Made by a program: the position numbers and the translations under genes. The notes beneath the pieces are model-generated. The model was not told the DNA's origin and searched no databases. It saw only the letters and a list, made by a program, of their open reading frames with translations. Source: Geobacter metallireducens GS-15 (lineage in GTDB: Bacteria; Desulfobacterota; Desulfuromonadia; Geobacterales; Geobacteraceae). From it: a DNA stretch of 32,000 nt. The stretch lies in NCBI RefSeq assembly GCF_000012925.1, contig NC_007517.1, forward strand, positions 1,800,001-1,832,000. The letters are read 5' to 3'. Position 1 is the stretch's first letter; each line of letters starts with the position of its first letter. Positions 17,486 through 26,798 of the stretch are shown here, piece after piece.

Positions 17486-17941
17486 ATGCGGATAAATGAC
17501 AAAATTTCGTCACGGGATGTCGGGAAGAAGGCAGGAAAAGGTGCGCTCGTGCGAACGGGTGGTGGGGAAGCCAATTCCCCCTTTGTGCGGGCGCTGACGC
17601 TGCACCGGACGGAGCTTGACACCTATGAACAGCAACTCCAGGACCTGAAGGAAGAGATTGACCGGGCCGGTACCGACCTGGAGCGCGAACCGACCGTAGC
17701 CAATTTCCGGACCTTTCGCGATCTCATCGCTACCCTTGCCAAAACGGTGACATCCAACGCCTATCGCCTTGAGCGGGTAGGGGGAACATCCCTCAATCCC
17801 CGCTGCTTCGAGATCATTACGGTAATCGACCGGGAGGCGGACAACCTTTTGAACCTCATCATGACGGAAAACAAGGACCGCCTGAAGATCACCAACAAAA
17901 TCATGGAACTCAAGGGGCTGATTGTCGACTTTCTTACCTGA
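17486..17941 (+). CDS. DUF327 / YaaR-family protein
   Basis: 151 aa. The C-terminal pattern FEIITVIDREADNLLNLI...ITNKIMELKGLIVDFLT resembles B. subtilis YaaR. Starts 3 nt after the lipoprotein stop. Confidence 0.65.
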   Translation: MRINDKISSRDVGKKAGKGALVRTGGGEANSPFVRALTLHRTELDTYEQQLQDLKEEIDRAGTDLEREPTVANFRTFRDLIATLAKTVTSNAYRLERVGGTSLNPRCFEIITVIDREADNLLNLIMTENKDRLKITNKIMELKGLIVDFLT

Positions 17942-17956
17942 TCGTTCGCCTGGCAC

Positions 17957-19414
17957 CTACCCCTTGACATTGCCGATGGGGAGAAGTCGCACGACCCGCC
18001 GGCTCAGGTGGGCCCGTTCCGTCGCCTCGGCAACGTCGTCGATGTCCTTGTACGCCCGTCCCGACTCCTCGGCAAGCCCGCCCCACGAAGCGGTCCGCAC
18101 GTAAATTCCCCGCTCCTCCATGTCCCGCTGCAGCTTCTGTCCCCTCACCATCTTCTTGGCCTGGTGCCTGCTCATGGTCCGTCCGCTGCCGTGGGCCGTG
18201 GTGAAGAAGGTTTCGCTTCCCCCGGGCTCTCCCGCCAGAAGGTAGGAACCCGTCTCCATGCTCCCGCCGATGATGACCGGCTGGCCCGTTTCCCGGTAGC
18301 GTTCGGGCAACCCTTCCATGCCGGGGCCGAATGCGCGGGTCGCCCCCTTGCGGTGAATGAGGAGTTCTCGCCTTCGTCCGTCAACCATGTGGGTCTCCAG
18401 CTTCGCGGTGTTGTGGGCCACATCGTAGACCATCTCCATTCCCAGGTCGGCGGGGTCGCGGCCGAAGTTGTCGGAAAAGACCTCGCGGATGCGGTGGAGG
18501 ATCACCTGCCGGTTGGCAAAGGCCATGTTGACGGCGCACTTCATGGCGGCGAAGTAGTCCTGCCCCTCCCGGGAACGGAACGGTGCACAGGCCAATTCCC
18601 GGTCGTTGACGGTGATGCCGTATTTCCGCTCCATGACCGACAGAAAGAGCTGCAGGTAGTCGGTGGCCACCTGATGCCCGAAGCCCCGGCTGCCACAGTG
18701 GAACATGATCACCACCTGGTTCGGGATGGTGATGCCGAAGGCCCTGGCAAGCTCCTCGTTGTATATGTTCTCCGGCCGAGCCACCTGAATCTCCAGATAG
18801 TGGTTGCCCGAGCCGAGGGTGCCGATCTGGTTGTAACCACGGTCTATGGCCTTGTGGCTGATCTTTGAAGCGTCGGCCCCCGGGAAACAGCCACCTTCCT
18901 CAGTCATCTCCAGGTCCTCGGGCCAGGCGAACCCCCTCTTCAGGCACCAGCGGGACCCCTGCTCGGCAACGGTACAGAACTCATCGTGGGAAAGGCTGAC
19001 GAAACCGTGGCTCCCGACCCCTGCCGGCACTCGGTAGAAGAGGGCGTCCACCAGCTCCCTGAGACGTGGCTTGACCTCTTCTTCGGTGAGATTGGTGAGG
19101 ACAAGCCGCATGCCGCAGTTGATGTCGAAGCCGATACCGCCGGGGGAGATGACGCCGGTTTCCGGATCCATGGCCGCCAGGCCGCCGATGGGGAACCCGT
19201 ACCCCCAGTGGCCGTCGGGCATGCAGAAGGCATACTTCTGGATGCCGGGGAGGCAGGCCACGTTTGACACCTGGTCAAAGACCCCGGCGTCCATGGCGGT
19301 GATCAGTTTCTCCGTGGCGAATATCCGGGCCGGCACCAACATGCCGGGTTTATAGGAAACGGGAAGCTCCCAGGTGGTGTCGGTTATCCTCTTGAGGGCC
19401 GATGGTGCGGGCAT
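17957..19414 (-). CDS. rtcB: RNA 3'-phosphate/5'-OH ligase RtcB (long archaeal/eukaryal-type)
   Basis: 485 aa with CMPDGHWGYGFPIGG, GFDINCGMR, HCGSRGFGHQ and TAHGSGR (guanylylated His). Confidence 0.95.
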   Translation of the reverse strand: MPAPSALKRITDTTWELPVSYKPGMLVPARIFATEKLITAMDAGVFDQVSNVACLPGIQKYAFCMPDGHWGYGFPIGGLAAMDPETGVISPGGIGFDINCGMRLVLTNLTEEEVKPRLRELVDALFYRVPAGVGSHGFVSLSHDEFCTVAEQGSRWCLKRGFAWPEDLEMTEEGGCFPGADASKISHKAIDRGYNQIGTLGSGNHYLEIQVARPENIYNEELARAFGITIPNQVVIMFHCGSRGFGHQVATDYLQLFLSVMERKYGITVNDRELACAPFRSREGQDYFAAMKCAVNMAFANRQVILHRIREVFSDNFGRDPADLGMEMVYDVAHNTAKLETHMVDGRRRELLIHRKGATRAFGPGMEGLPERYRETGQPVIIGGSMETGSYLLAGEPGGSETFFTTAHGSGRTMSRHQAKKMVRGQKLQRDMEERGIYVRTASWGGLAEESGRAYKDIDDVAEATERAHLSRRVVRLLPIGNVKG

Positions 19415-19515
19415 GACCTGACCTCCTTTCGCGGACTTGGTACACTATAACACAGGAAAAGTCTTTTGCCGGAAGGGGGGATGGAGGGGTGTATGGGTAA
19501 GTATGCAAGTATATG

Positions 19516-20061
19516 TTAGTCGCCGAATTCCAGTAGCCACTGCTCGAAAATCGCAACGCGATGTTCCCCATGCCTGATGAGCCCCTTGCGGATTTCGGGG
19601 GGGCTTTTCTCATGGTTCAGGGAATTCCCCTTTTTCGAGAAAAAGAGGTCGGCATAACAGATAATTCTTTCCTCCCGGGTGACAGGCACCATTTCCCTCA
19701 GGGGAAGGGGGAGCCCCTGTCTCACGATATCGTCGACGGTCAGACCGACGCCGATGTGGCGTTCGCAGACCATGGCATGCCGGGGCAATCCCTCGGCCTC
19801 CAGTATTTCGCGACCGATGATGCCATGGAGGATGTAGGGTGAATCGCCGGAGCAGCCAATGCCAGGAGAATCGGTTCCGCAGACGCCTATATCATGCAGC
19901 AGCGCGGCCTCTTCGATGAACCGCAGGTCGAGGTCGGGATCATTAAGGGTGCGAGCAATGCGCAGTGCCTTGTCTGCCACCATTCTGCTGTGTTCAAGAA
20001 CGATGGCACAAGCCCGTGTTTCTTCGCCGAAGTGTCGGGTAAGTATATGCTCAACATTCAT
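19516..20061 (-). CDS. HD/HDIG-domain metal-dependent phosphohydrolase
   Basis: 181 aa with the LLHDIGV (HDIG) motif plus downstream His/Asp (ERHIG, YADLFF). Confidence 0.8.
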   Translation of the reverse strand: MNVEHILTRHFGEETRACAIVLEHSRMVADKALRIARTLNDPDLDLRFIEEAALLHDIGVCGTDSPGIGCSGDSPYILHGIIGREILEAEGLPRHAMVCERHIGVGLTVDDIVRQGLPLPLREMVPVTREERIICYADLFFSKKGNSLNHEKSPPEIRKGLIRHGEHRVAIFEQWLLEFGD

Positions 20062-20171
20062 CCGGTTGCCTCCGCTTGGTAATGGATTTATTATTGATGT
20101 TCGTCCTGTTGTCTGTCAACCTTGGACATTTACGAGTCTGATTCCGATTCAGTTGGGCCGGGGGAACCGCC

Positions 20172-20495
20172 ATGATCGAGATCAATGAGGCAGATCTTAA
20201 ATTCGAGTTCTATCGCGGTTCGGGACCAGGGGGCCAGCACCGCAATGTGACTGAAAGCGGCGTCCGCATCAGGCATGTTCCAACCGGTGTCGTGGTCCAG
20301 GCCTGCGAAAGCCGTTCCCAGGCCCGCAACCGCGAGATTGCCCTGGAGCGACTGCGCCAGATACTGGAGCGCCGTGAACGGCGTGTAAAAAAACGGGTTG
20401 CCACCACGGTTCCCCGCGGCCAGAAAGAGAAGCGGATCGAAGAGAAGAAACGGCGCTCCCTGACCAAGCGCCTGAGAACTCCTTCAGAGGATTAG
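20172..20495 (+). CDS. GGQ-domain mini release factor (RF-1 domain only, ArfB-like peptidyl-tRNA hydrolase)
   Basis: 107 aa. [42 protein letters not shown] matches RF domain 3. There are no codon-recognition domains. 18 of the last 41 residues are K/R. Confidence 0.85.
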   Translation: MIEINEADLKFEFYRGSGPGGQHRNVTESGVRIRHVPTGVVVQACESRSQARNREIALERLRQILERRERRVKKRVATTVPRGQKEKRIEEKKRRSLTKRLRTPSED

Positions 20496-20519
20496 CCGTA
20501 TGCGTATTTGGCTAATTCC

Positions 20520-20548
20520 TTGACCTTGCGGCGTTTCTCGGGTATTCT
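20520..20548 (+). promoter_or_regulatory. candidate sigma70 promoter for the dCMP deaminase-nrdR-rib operon
   Basis: TTGACC (20520-20525), 17-nt spacer, TATTCT (20543-20548). Pattern match only. Confidence 0.35.
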
Positions 20549-20577
20549 TGCCCACCACTTCACCCCACGGAGCCCCC

Positions 20578-21042
20578 ATGACCCGACCCACCTGGGACGA
20601 ATATTTCATGGAAATCACCCATCTGGTTGCCAAGCGTTCCACCTGTCTGCGCCGGCAGGTGGGTGCTGTTATCGTGAAGGACAAGAATATCCTGGCCACG
20701 GGCTATAATGGTGCCCCATCAGGCGTTGCCCATTGTCTCGAGGTGGGATGTCTTCGGGCCAAACTCGGCATTCCGTCGGGTGAGCGACACGAACTCTGCC
20801 GGGGCCTCCATGCCGAGCAGAACGCCATTATCCAGGCGGCAAAGCACGGCATCAACATCGATGGCGGCACCCTTTACTGCACCACCATGCCGTGCATCAT
20901 CTGCTCGAAGATGCTCATCAATGCCGGCATCCGCCGCGTTGTCTACGAAGAGGGCTACTCGGACGAACTGGCCCGGGAGATGATCGGCGAATCGGGGGTC
21001 GTGGTGGAAAAATTTGGTGATATAAGGGGGGAAACCCCGTGA
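20578..21042 (+). CDS. deoxycytidylate (dCMP) deaminase
   Basis: ORF trimmed to ATG 20578 ([11 protein letters not shown]). Zinc motifs HAEQNAI and [13 protein letters not shown]. Confidence 0.9.
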   Translation: MTRPTWDEYFMEITHLVAKRSTCLRRQVGAVIVKDKNILATGYNGAPSGVAHCLEVGCLRAKLGIPSGERHELCRGLHAEQNAIIQAAKHGINIDGGTLYCTTMPCIICSKMLINAGIRRVVYEEGYSDELAREMIGESGVVVEKFGDIRGETP

Positions 21043-21491
21043 AATGCCCCTTTTGCGCCCATCCTGACAGCAAGGTCGTTGACTCCCGCCCCGACAAGGG
21101 TGGGGCTGCTATCCGGCGTCGCCGCGAGTGCGAATCCTGCGCCAAGCGCTTTACGACCCATGAGCGGATTGAGGAGACTCTTCCCCTGGTTCTCAAGAAG
21201 GACGGCCGCCGGGAGCCCTTCGACCGGATGAAGATCGTGGGCGGCATCCTGAAGGCGTGTGAGAAGCGCCAGGTGTCGCGGGAGACCGTCGACCGTCTCG
21301 TGGACCGGCTCGAAGGACGGCTCCAGGAGTGGAGCGAGAAGGAAGTACCCAGTACCACCATCGGCGAGTGGGTCATGACCGAACTCCATGACATCGACGA
21401 GGTGGCCTATGTCCGTTTTGCCTCCGTCTACCGCTCCTTCAAGGACGTGAACGAGTTCATGGCCGAACTGCAGGACCTCCTGAAGAAGTAA
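21039..21491 (+). CDS. nrdR: transcriptional repressor NrdR
   Basis: [17 protein letters not shown]...[12 protein letters not shown] zinc ribbon plus an ATP-cone. The GTG start overlaps the upstream stop (GTGA). Confidence 0.95.
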   Translation: MKCPFCAHPDSKVVDSRPDKGGAAIRRRRECESCAKRFTTHERIEETLPLVLKKDGRREPFDRMKIVGGILKACEKRQVSRETVDRLVDRLEGRLQEWSEKEVPSTTIGEWVMTELHDIDEVAYVRFASVYRSFKDVNEFMAELQDLLKK

Positions 21492-21494
21492 CCC

Positions 21495-22607
21495 ATGGAT
21501 GTGTCTCCCGAAAAGATCATGAAGCGTGCTCTGGCGCTGGCAAGGCGGGGCAAGGGCAAAACGTCTCCGAATCCGGCGGTGGGGTGCGTCATCGTGCGGG
21601 ACGGTGCAATCGTCGGCGAAGGGTGGCACCGGAAGGCCGGCACCCCCCATGCCGAGGTCCATGCCCTGCGGCAGGCCGGCGAGCTGGCCCGGGGCGCCGA
21701 TGTCTACGTGACTCTGGAGCCCTGCTCCCACTTCGGCAAGACTCCCCCGTGTGCCGATGCGCTGGTCGAGGCAGGGGTGGGGCGCGTGTTCGTCGGCATG
21801 GTGGACCCGAATCCGAAGGTTTCCGGGCGCGGCATCGAGCGGCTTCGGGTTGCCGGCATCGAGGTGGTTACCGGGATACGGGAGGCGGAGTGCCGCCGGC
21901 TTAACGAGCCATTCGTGAAACACGTGACCACCGGGCTTCCCTTTGTGATCCTCAAGTCGGCCATGACCATGGACGGCAAGACCGCTACCGCTTCGGGCGA
22001 TTCGCGCTGGATAACCAACGAAAAATCAAGGCGCTACGTTCATAAACTTCGATCAATGGTCGATGCGATAATGGTCGGTGTCGGCACTGTCTTGGCCGAT
22101 GACCCCCAGCTTACGGCGCGAATCCCGCGGGGGAAGGATCCTGTCCGGGTTGTGGTGGACAGTTCCCTCAGAATCCCCTCTGGTGCCCGGATGCTCCACC
22201 AGGAGTCCCCGGCAACAACCGTCGTTGCCACCGTCTCGGAAGACCGAAACCGGATCGTGAAGCTGGAATCTGCAGGTGCCGAAGTGCTCCGTTGCCATGC
22301 CGTCATGGGGCGCATTGATCTGCGCGATCTCCTTGCCCGCCTCGGTGCCCGTGGGGTGCAATCGATCCTCCTCGAAGGGGGGAGCGAACTGGCCGGCGAA
22401 GCACTCCGTGCCGGGCTCATCGACAAATGTGTCCTCTTCTACGCCCCCAAGTTTTTGGGGGGAGCCGCCGGTCTGGGGCTCTTTGGCGGGCCGTCGGCCG
22501 AAAGAATGGATGGATGCTGCCGGCTGAAGGATGTAAGCGTGCGGCGTTTCGGCGATGACGTGATGATCGAGGCTTATCCGGAGGATTTATGTTTACCGGG
22601 CTCATAG
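21495..22607 (+). CDS. ribD: bifunctional riboflavin biosynthesis deaminase/reductase RibD
   Basis: HAEVHAL...PCSHFGKTPPC deaminase motifs plus a C-terminal reductase domain. 370 aa. Confidence 0.95.
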   Translation: MDVSPEKIMKRALALARRGKGKTSPNPAVGCVIVRDGAIVGEGWHRKAGTPHAEVHALRQAGELARGADVYVTLEPCSHFGKTPPCADALVEAGVGRVFVGMVDPNPKVSGRGIERLRVAGIEVVTGIREAECRRLNEPFVKHVTTGLPFVILKSAMTMDGKTATASGDSRWITNEKSRRYVHKLRSMVDAIMVGVGTVLADDPQLTARIPRGKDPVRVVVDSSLRIPSGARMLHQESPATTVVATVSEDRNRIVKLESAGAEVLRCHAVMGRIDLRDLLARLGARGVQSILLEGGSELAGEALRAGLIDKCVLFYAPKFLGGAAGLGLFGGPSAERMDGCCRLKDVSVRRFGDDVMIEAYPEDLCLPGS

Positions 22608-23239
22608 AAGACGTAGGATCGGTAAGAAGGCTTGAACGGGCAGGGGGGGCGGCACGGCTCACCACCGCCACAAAAATTCCGCTGGATTCCATTGCCCTCG
22701 GTGACTCGGTTGCGGTGAATGGGGCCTGCCTCACGGTTGTGGCAAAGGGAGGAGGCGAACTCACCTTTGACGCCTCCCCGGAAACCCTGGAGCGGACCAC
22801 TCTCGGCACCCTCGGCACCGGAGCCCCCGTGAACCTGGAAAGGGCACTGCGTCTTGGCGACCGCCTGGGTGGCCACATCGTCACCGGCCATGTGGACTTT
22901 ATCGCCGATGTCTCCGAACGGCGCGAGGTTGCCGGCAACATTGTCTTCGGTTTCCGCATCCCAGGGCAATTTGCCCGTTATCTGGTGGCCAAGGGTTCGG
23001 TCACCATCGACGGAATCAGTCTTACGGTTAATACCGTCACTGATAGCGGTTTTTCGGTCAATATCATCCCCCATACCGCTGCAATGACCACCCTGAACGG
23101 CATGAAACCGGGTGGACGGGTTAATATTGAAACGGACATTCTGGGGAAATATGTCGAGCGCCTCCTGGCCTTTGGAAGCACGGGTCAGAAGGAGGGTGGT
23201 CTCAGTCTTGAACTGCTTGCAAAGAGCGGCTTTCTGTGA
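22589..23239 (+). CDS. ribE: riboflavin synthase (alpha chain)
   Basis: MFTGLIEDVG start with two lumazine-binding repeats. Overlaps the ribD end by 19 nt. SD GGAGGA. Confidence 0.95.
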   Translation: MFTGLIEDVGSVRRLERAGGAARLTTATKIPLDSIALGDSVAVNGACLTVVAKGGGELTFDASPETLERTTLGTLGTGAPVNLERALRLGDRLGGHIVTGHVDFIADVSERREVAGNIVFGFRIPGQFARYLVAKGSVTIDGISLTVNTVTDSGFSVNIIPHTAAMTTLNGMKPGGRVNIETDILGKYVERLLAFGSTGQKEGGLSLELLAKSGFL

Positions 23240-23279
23240 GATATAACGTTGTTATTACTTCTCATGAACGGAGTCGACA

Positions 23280-24482
23280 ATGACGGTTGCTAGAATAGAA
23301 GAAGCCATAGAGGACATCAAGCAGGGGAAAATGATCATTCTCGTGGATGATGAGGACCGCGAGAACGAGGGTGATCTTACCATGGCCGCCGAGATGATCA
23401 CCCCTGAAGCGATCAACTACATGGCAAAGTATGGCCGTGGTCTGATCTGTCTCACCATGACCTCGGAGCGGTGCGATTACCTCAGGTTGCCGCTCATGGT
23501 GTCCGACAATACCTCGTCCTTCGGTACCGCCTTTACCGTCTCCATTGAGGCAAAACGGGGAGTGACCACCGGCATCTCCGCCGCTGACCGTGCCCATACA
23601 GTTCTCACAGCCGTGGCCGATGCCACGAAACCGGAGGACCTTGCCCGGCCCGGCCACATATTCCCGCTGCGGGCCCGTAACGGTGGTGTCCTCGTCCGGG
23701 CGGGGCAGACCGAAGGGTCAGTGGATCTGGCCCGTCTTGCAGGCCTCAAGCCGGCTGGCGTCATCTGTGAGATCATGAACGATGACGGCACCATGGCCCG
23801 GATGCCGCAACTGAAGAAATTCGCCAAGGAGCACGGGATCAAGATCTGCACTATTGCTGACCTAGTCGCCTACCGGCTCAAGCACGAGTCCTTGGTCCGC
23901 CGGGCTGCCGATGTGGAACTCCCCACCGAAGCTGGTGAGTTCCGGGCCATCGCCTTCGAAAACGATGTGGACAAGCTGGAGCACCTGGCACTCGTGAAGG
24001 GAGAGATCAGTGGGGATGAGCCAATACTCGTCCGGGTTCATTCCGAGTGCATGACCGGCGATGTTTTCGGGAGTCTCCGGTGCGATTGCGGCGGCCAGCT
24101 TCACCGGGCCATGGAGATGATTGAGGCCGAGGGGAAAGGGGCTATCCTCTATATGCGCCAGGAAGGACGGGGAATCGGCTTGTTCAACAAGCTCAAGGCC
24201 TATGCCCTTCAGGACCAGGGGAAGGATACCGTTGAGGCTAACCTGGAGCTCGGCTTCAAGCCCGACATGCGCGACTACGGCATCGGCGCCCAGATCCTCG
24301 TGGACCTCGGAATCAAGAACATCCGCCTCATGACCAACAACCCCCGGAAGCTGATTGGCCTCCAGGGATACGGAATCAATATAGTGGAACGGGTACCCAT
24401 CGAGATTCCCGCCACGGGGAGCAATGCCGGCTACCTGAAGACAAAACGCGAGAAGCTGGGACACCTGCTGGAAAATATCTGA
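23280..24482 (+). CDS. ribBA: bifunctional DHBP synthase / GTP cyclohydrolase II
   Basis: [11 protein letters not shown] (RibB) and [18 protein letters not shown] (RibA). 400 aa. Confidence 0.95.
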   Translation: MTVARIEEAIEDIKQGKMIILVDDEDRENEGDLTMAAEMITPEAINYMAKYGRGLICLTMTSERCDYLRLPLMVSDNTSSFGTAFTVSIEAKRGVTTGISAADRAHTVLTAVADATKPEDLARPGHIFPLRARNGGVLVRAGQTEGSVDLARLAGLKPAGVICEIMNDDGTMARMPQLKKFAKEHGIKICTIADLVAYRLKHESLVRRAADVELPTEAGEFRAIAFENDVDKLEHLALVKGEISGDEPILVRVHSECMTGDVFGSLRCDCGGQLHRAMEMIEAEGKGAILYMRQEGRGIGLFNKLKAYALQDQGKDTVEANLELGFKPDMRDYGIGAQILVDLGIKNIRLMTNNPRKLIGLQGYGINIVERVPIEIPATGSNAGYLKTKREKLGHLLENI

Positions 24483-24505
24483 GATACGGCGAGGAGGGAT
24501 TTATC

Positions 24506-24973
24506 ATGCCGCGATTTATTGAAGGAAAACTGGATGCCACGGGGCTCAAGTTCGGCATCATCGTGGGCCGTTTCAACAGCTTCATTGGTGAGCGCCTTCT
24601 GGAGGGGGCCCTCGATGCCCTGGTTCGTAACGGAGCAGATGAGGCGACCATTGATGTGGCCCGGGTGCCCGGCGCCTTCGAGATCCCCCTGACCGCCAAG
24701 AAAATGGCCCAGACAGGGAGCTATGACGCCATCATCTGTCTCGGCGCGGTGATCAGGGGCTCGACCCCCCATTTTGACTACGTGGCCGCCGAGGTCTCCA
24801 AGGGGGTTGCCCACGTGTCGCTGGAAACCGGCGTTCCGGTTTCCTTCGGCGTACTCACCACCGATACCATCGAGCAGGCCGTGGAGCGGGCAGGCACCAA
24901 GGCCGGCAACAAGGGCTTCGACGCCGCCATGACCGCCATTGAAACCGTCCGCGTTTTCCGGGAGTTCCGCTAG
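24506..24973 (+). CDS. ribH: 6,7-dimethyl-8-ribityllumazine synthase
   Basis: 155 aa with VPGAFEIP and GTKAGNKG motifs. Confidence 0.95.
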
Positions 24974-25389
24974 TGGGTGCCCGACGCCTCGGAAGGGAGA
25001 TCGCCCTTCAGCTTCTCTACTCCCGCGATTATACCGTGGGTGAGGCCTCCTCGCTTCTTGAGATGGTCTTTGACGAAGCCGAGCCGGGGACCGCTGCGGG
25101 GCGGGCTTTTTCCGACGAACTGGTTCGCGGTGTTCTTGAGCACCGCGAAACTATCGACGCAACGATAACCGAGAAGTCGAAAAACTGGGCCATCTCCCGC
25201 ATGGCGAAGGTGGATCTCAACATCCTCCGGCTTGCGATTTACGAGCTCCTCTACCGTGGCGACATCCCCAAGAACGTCACCATCAACGAGGCCATCGAAG
25301 TGGCGAAAAAATTCGGTACCGAGGATTCGCCTGCCTTCATCAACGGCATCCTCGACGAGGTCGCCTCGACCCTCCCCGACAAGGGGTAG
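24973..25389 (+). CDS. nusB: transcription antitermination factor NusB
   Basis: 138 aa with GTG start overlapping the ribH stop by 1 nt. [22 protein letters not shown] is typical of NusB. Confidence 0.9.
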
Positions 25390-25432
25390 CTCCAGCCATT
25401 GCATCGCGTCATTCCATACTGAGCGAGGACGT

Positions 25433-26743
25433 ATGAACGAGATAAAGGTGGGCCTTCTCGGCCTGGGGACCATTGGTACGGGGGTCGCCAAGCTGCTCAT
25501 GACCAATGCCGATCTGATCGCCGCCAAGGTGGGCGCCCGGATTACCCTGAAAAAGATCGCCGATCTGGATATAACCACCGACCGGGGGATTGCGCTTCCG
25601 GCGGACATTCTCACCACCAACGCCGACGAGGTGCTCACCGATCCGGAGATCAGCGTGGTGATCGAGTTGATCGGCGGCTATGAGCCGGCCAAGCGCTTCG
25701 TGCTCAAGGCCATCGAAAACGGCAAGCATGTGGTTACCGCCAACAAGGCGCTTCTGGCTCTCCACGGTGAAGAGATCTACCCTGCCGCGGCCCGCAAGGG
25801 GGTAGAGGTTCTGTTTGAGGCCGCGGTCGGGGGAGGCATCCCGGTCATTTCCGCCATACGCGGGAACATGGCAGCCAATAATTTTTCCACTGTTTTCGGC
25901 ATACTGAACGGAACATGCAATTACATACTTACCCGAATGACCAAGGAGGGGGTGGACTTCGCCGACGTTCTCAAGAAGGCCCAGGAACTCGGTTATGCTG
26001 AGGCTGACCCCACCTTCGACATCGAGGGGGTGGACACGGCCCACAAGCTGGCGCTCCTTGTTTCCCTCTGCTTCGGGACCCGGGTCACCTTCAGCGACAT
26101 CCATACGGAAGGAATCAGTTCCCTCTCCTCCGTTGACATCAAGTTTGCCCGGGACTTCGGGTACAAGATCAAGCTCCTGGCCATCGGCAAGCGGGACGGC
26201 GACCGGGTGGAGGCCCGGGTTCACCCCACCATGATCCCGGTCAACAATCCGCTGGCCGATGTAGATGGCGCCTTTAACGCCATCCGCTTCACCGGCGACT
26301 TCATCGGTCCGGTCATGTTCTATGGCCGCGGTGCCGGCATGGACCCTACCGCCAGCGCCGTGGTGGGTGATATCATCGAGGTCTCCCGCAACATCGTGGC
26401 GGGCATCGGCCGTCGTTGTGCTCCTCTCGGCTACTGTGACGAGGCGGTCGCCACTCTTCCGCTCAAGCCCATGGGGGAAATCGAGAGCAAGTACTACATT
26501 CGCTTCAGCGCCGTGGACAGGCCCGGTGTTCTGGCGAGAATCTCCGGGATTCTCGGAAAGTACGACATCAGCATCGAGTCCATGGTCCAGAGCGGCCGCA
26601 TGGCCGGCGAGGAGGTCCCCATCGTCATCATGACCCATGAGGCCAGGGAAAGCGATGTACGGACGGCCCTCGACGAGATCGACACCTTTGATATCATTAC
26701 CCAGAAGAGCCAGGTCATCCGGATTGAGGACAATCTGGAATAG
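25433..26743 (+). CDS. hom: homoserine dehydrogenase (with C-terminal ACT domain)
   Basis: ORF 25232-26743 trimmed to ATG 25433 (MNEIKVGLLGLGTIGTGV). Contains NKALLA and the ACT-like tail YYIRFSAVDRPGVLA. Confidence 0.95.
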   Translation: MNEIKVGLLGLGTIGTGVAKLLMTNADLIAAKVGARITLKKIADLDITTDRGIALPADILTTNADEVLTDPEISVVIELIGGYEPAKRFVLKAIENGKHVVTANKALLALHGEEIYPAAARKGVEVLFEAAVGGGIPVISAIRGNMAANNFSTVFGILNGTCNYILTRMTKEGVDFADVLKKAQELGYAEADPTFDIEGVDTAHKLALLVSLCFGTRVTFSDIHTEGISSLSSVDIKFARDFGYKIKLLAIGKRDGDRVEARVHPTMIPVNNPLADVDGAFNAIRFTGDFIGPVMFYGRGAGMDPTASAVVGDIIEVSRNIVAGIGRRCAPLGYCDEAVATLPLKPMGEIESKYYIRFSAVDRPGVLARISGILGKYDISIESMVQSGRMAGEEVPIVIMTHEARESDVRTALDEIDTFDIITQKSQVIRIEDNLE

Positions 26744-26770
26744 ACGGAGAGCTACAGCAGTGAAACGTGA

Positions 26771-26798
26771 AAGGCGGCCCGAACAGGCCGCCTTTTTT
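26771..26798. terminator. bidirectional terminator between convergent hom and the HAD hydrolase gene
   Basis: AAGGCGGCC / CGAACA / GGCCGCCTT, a 9-bp perfect stem, followed by a T-run ending at the minus-strand stop codon. Confidence 0.75.

Noticed and set aside
23240-23279. FMN (RFN) riboswitch ahead of ribBA, ribD or ribH.
   Set aside because: The gaps are only 40, 3 and 23 nt, too short for an RFN aptamer, and no RFN-like conserved stretches are seen.
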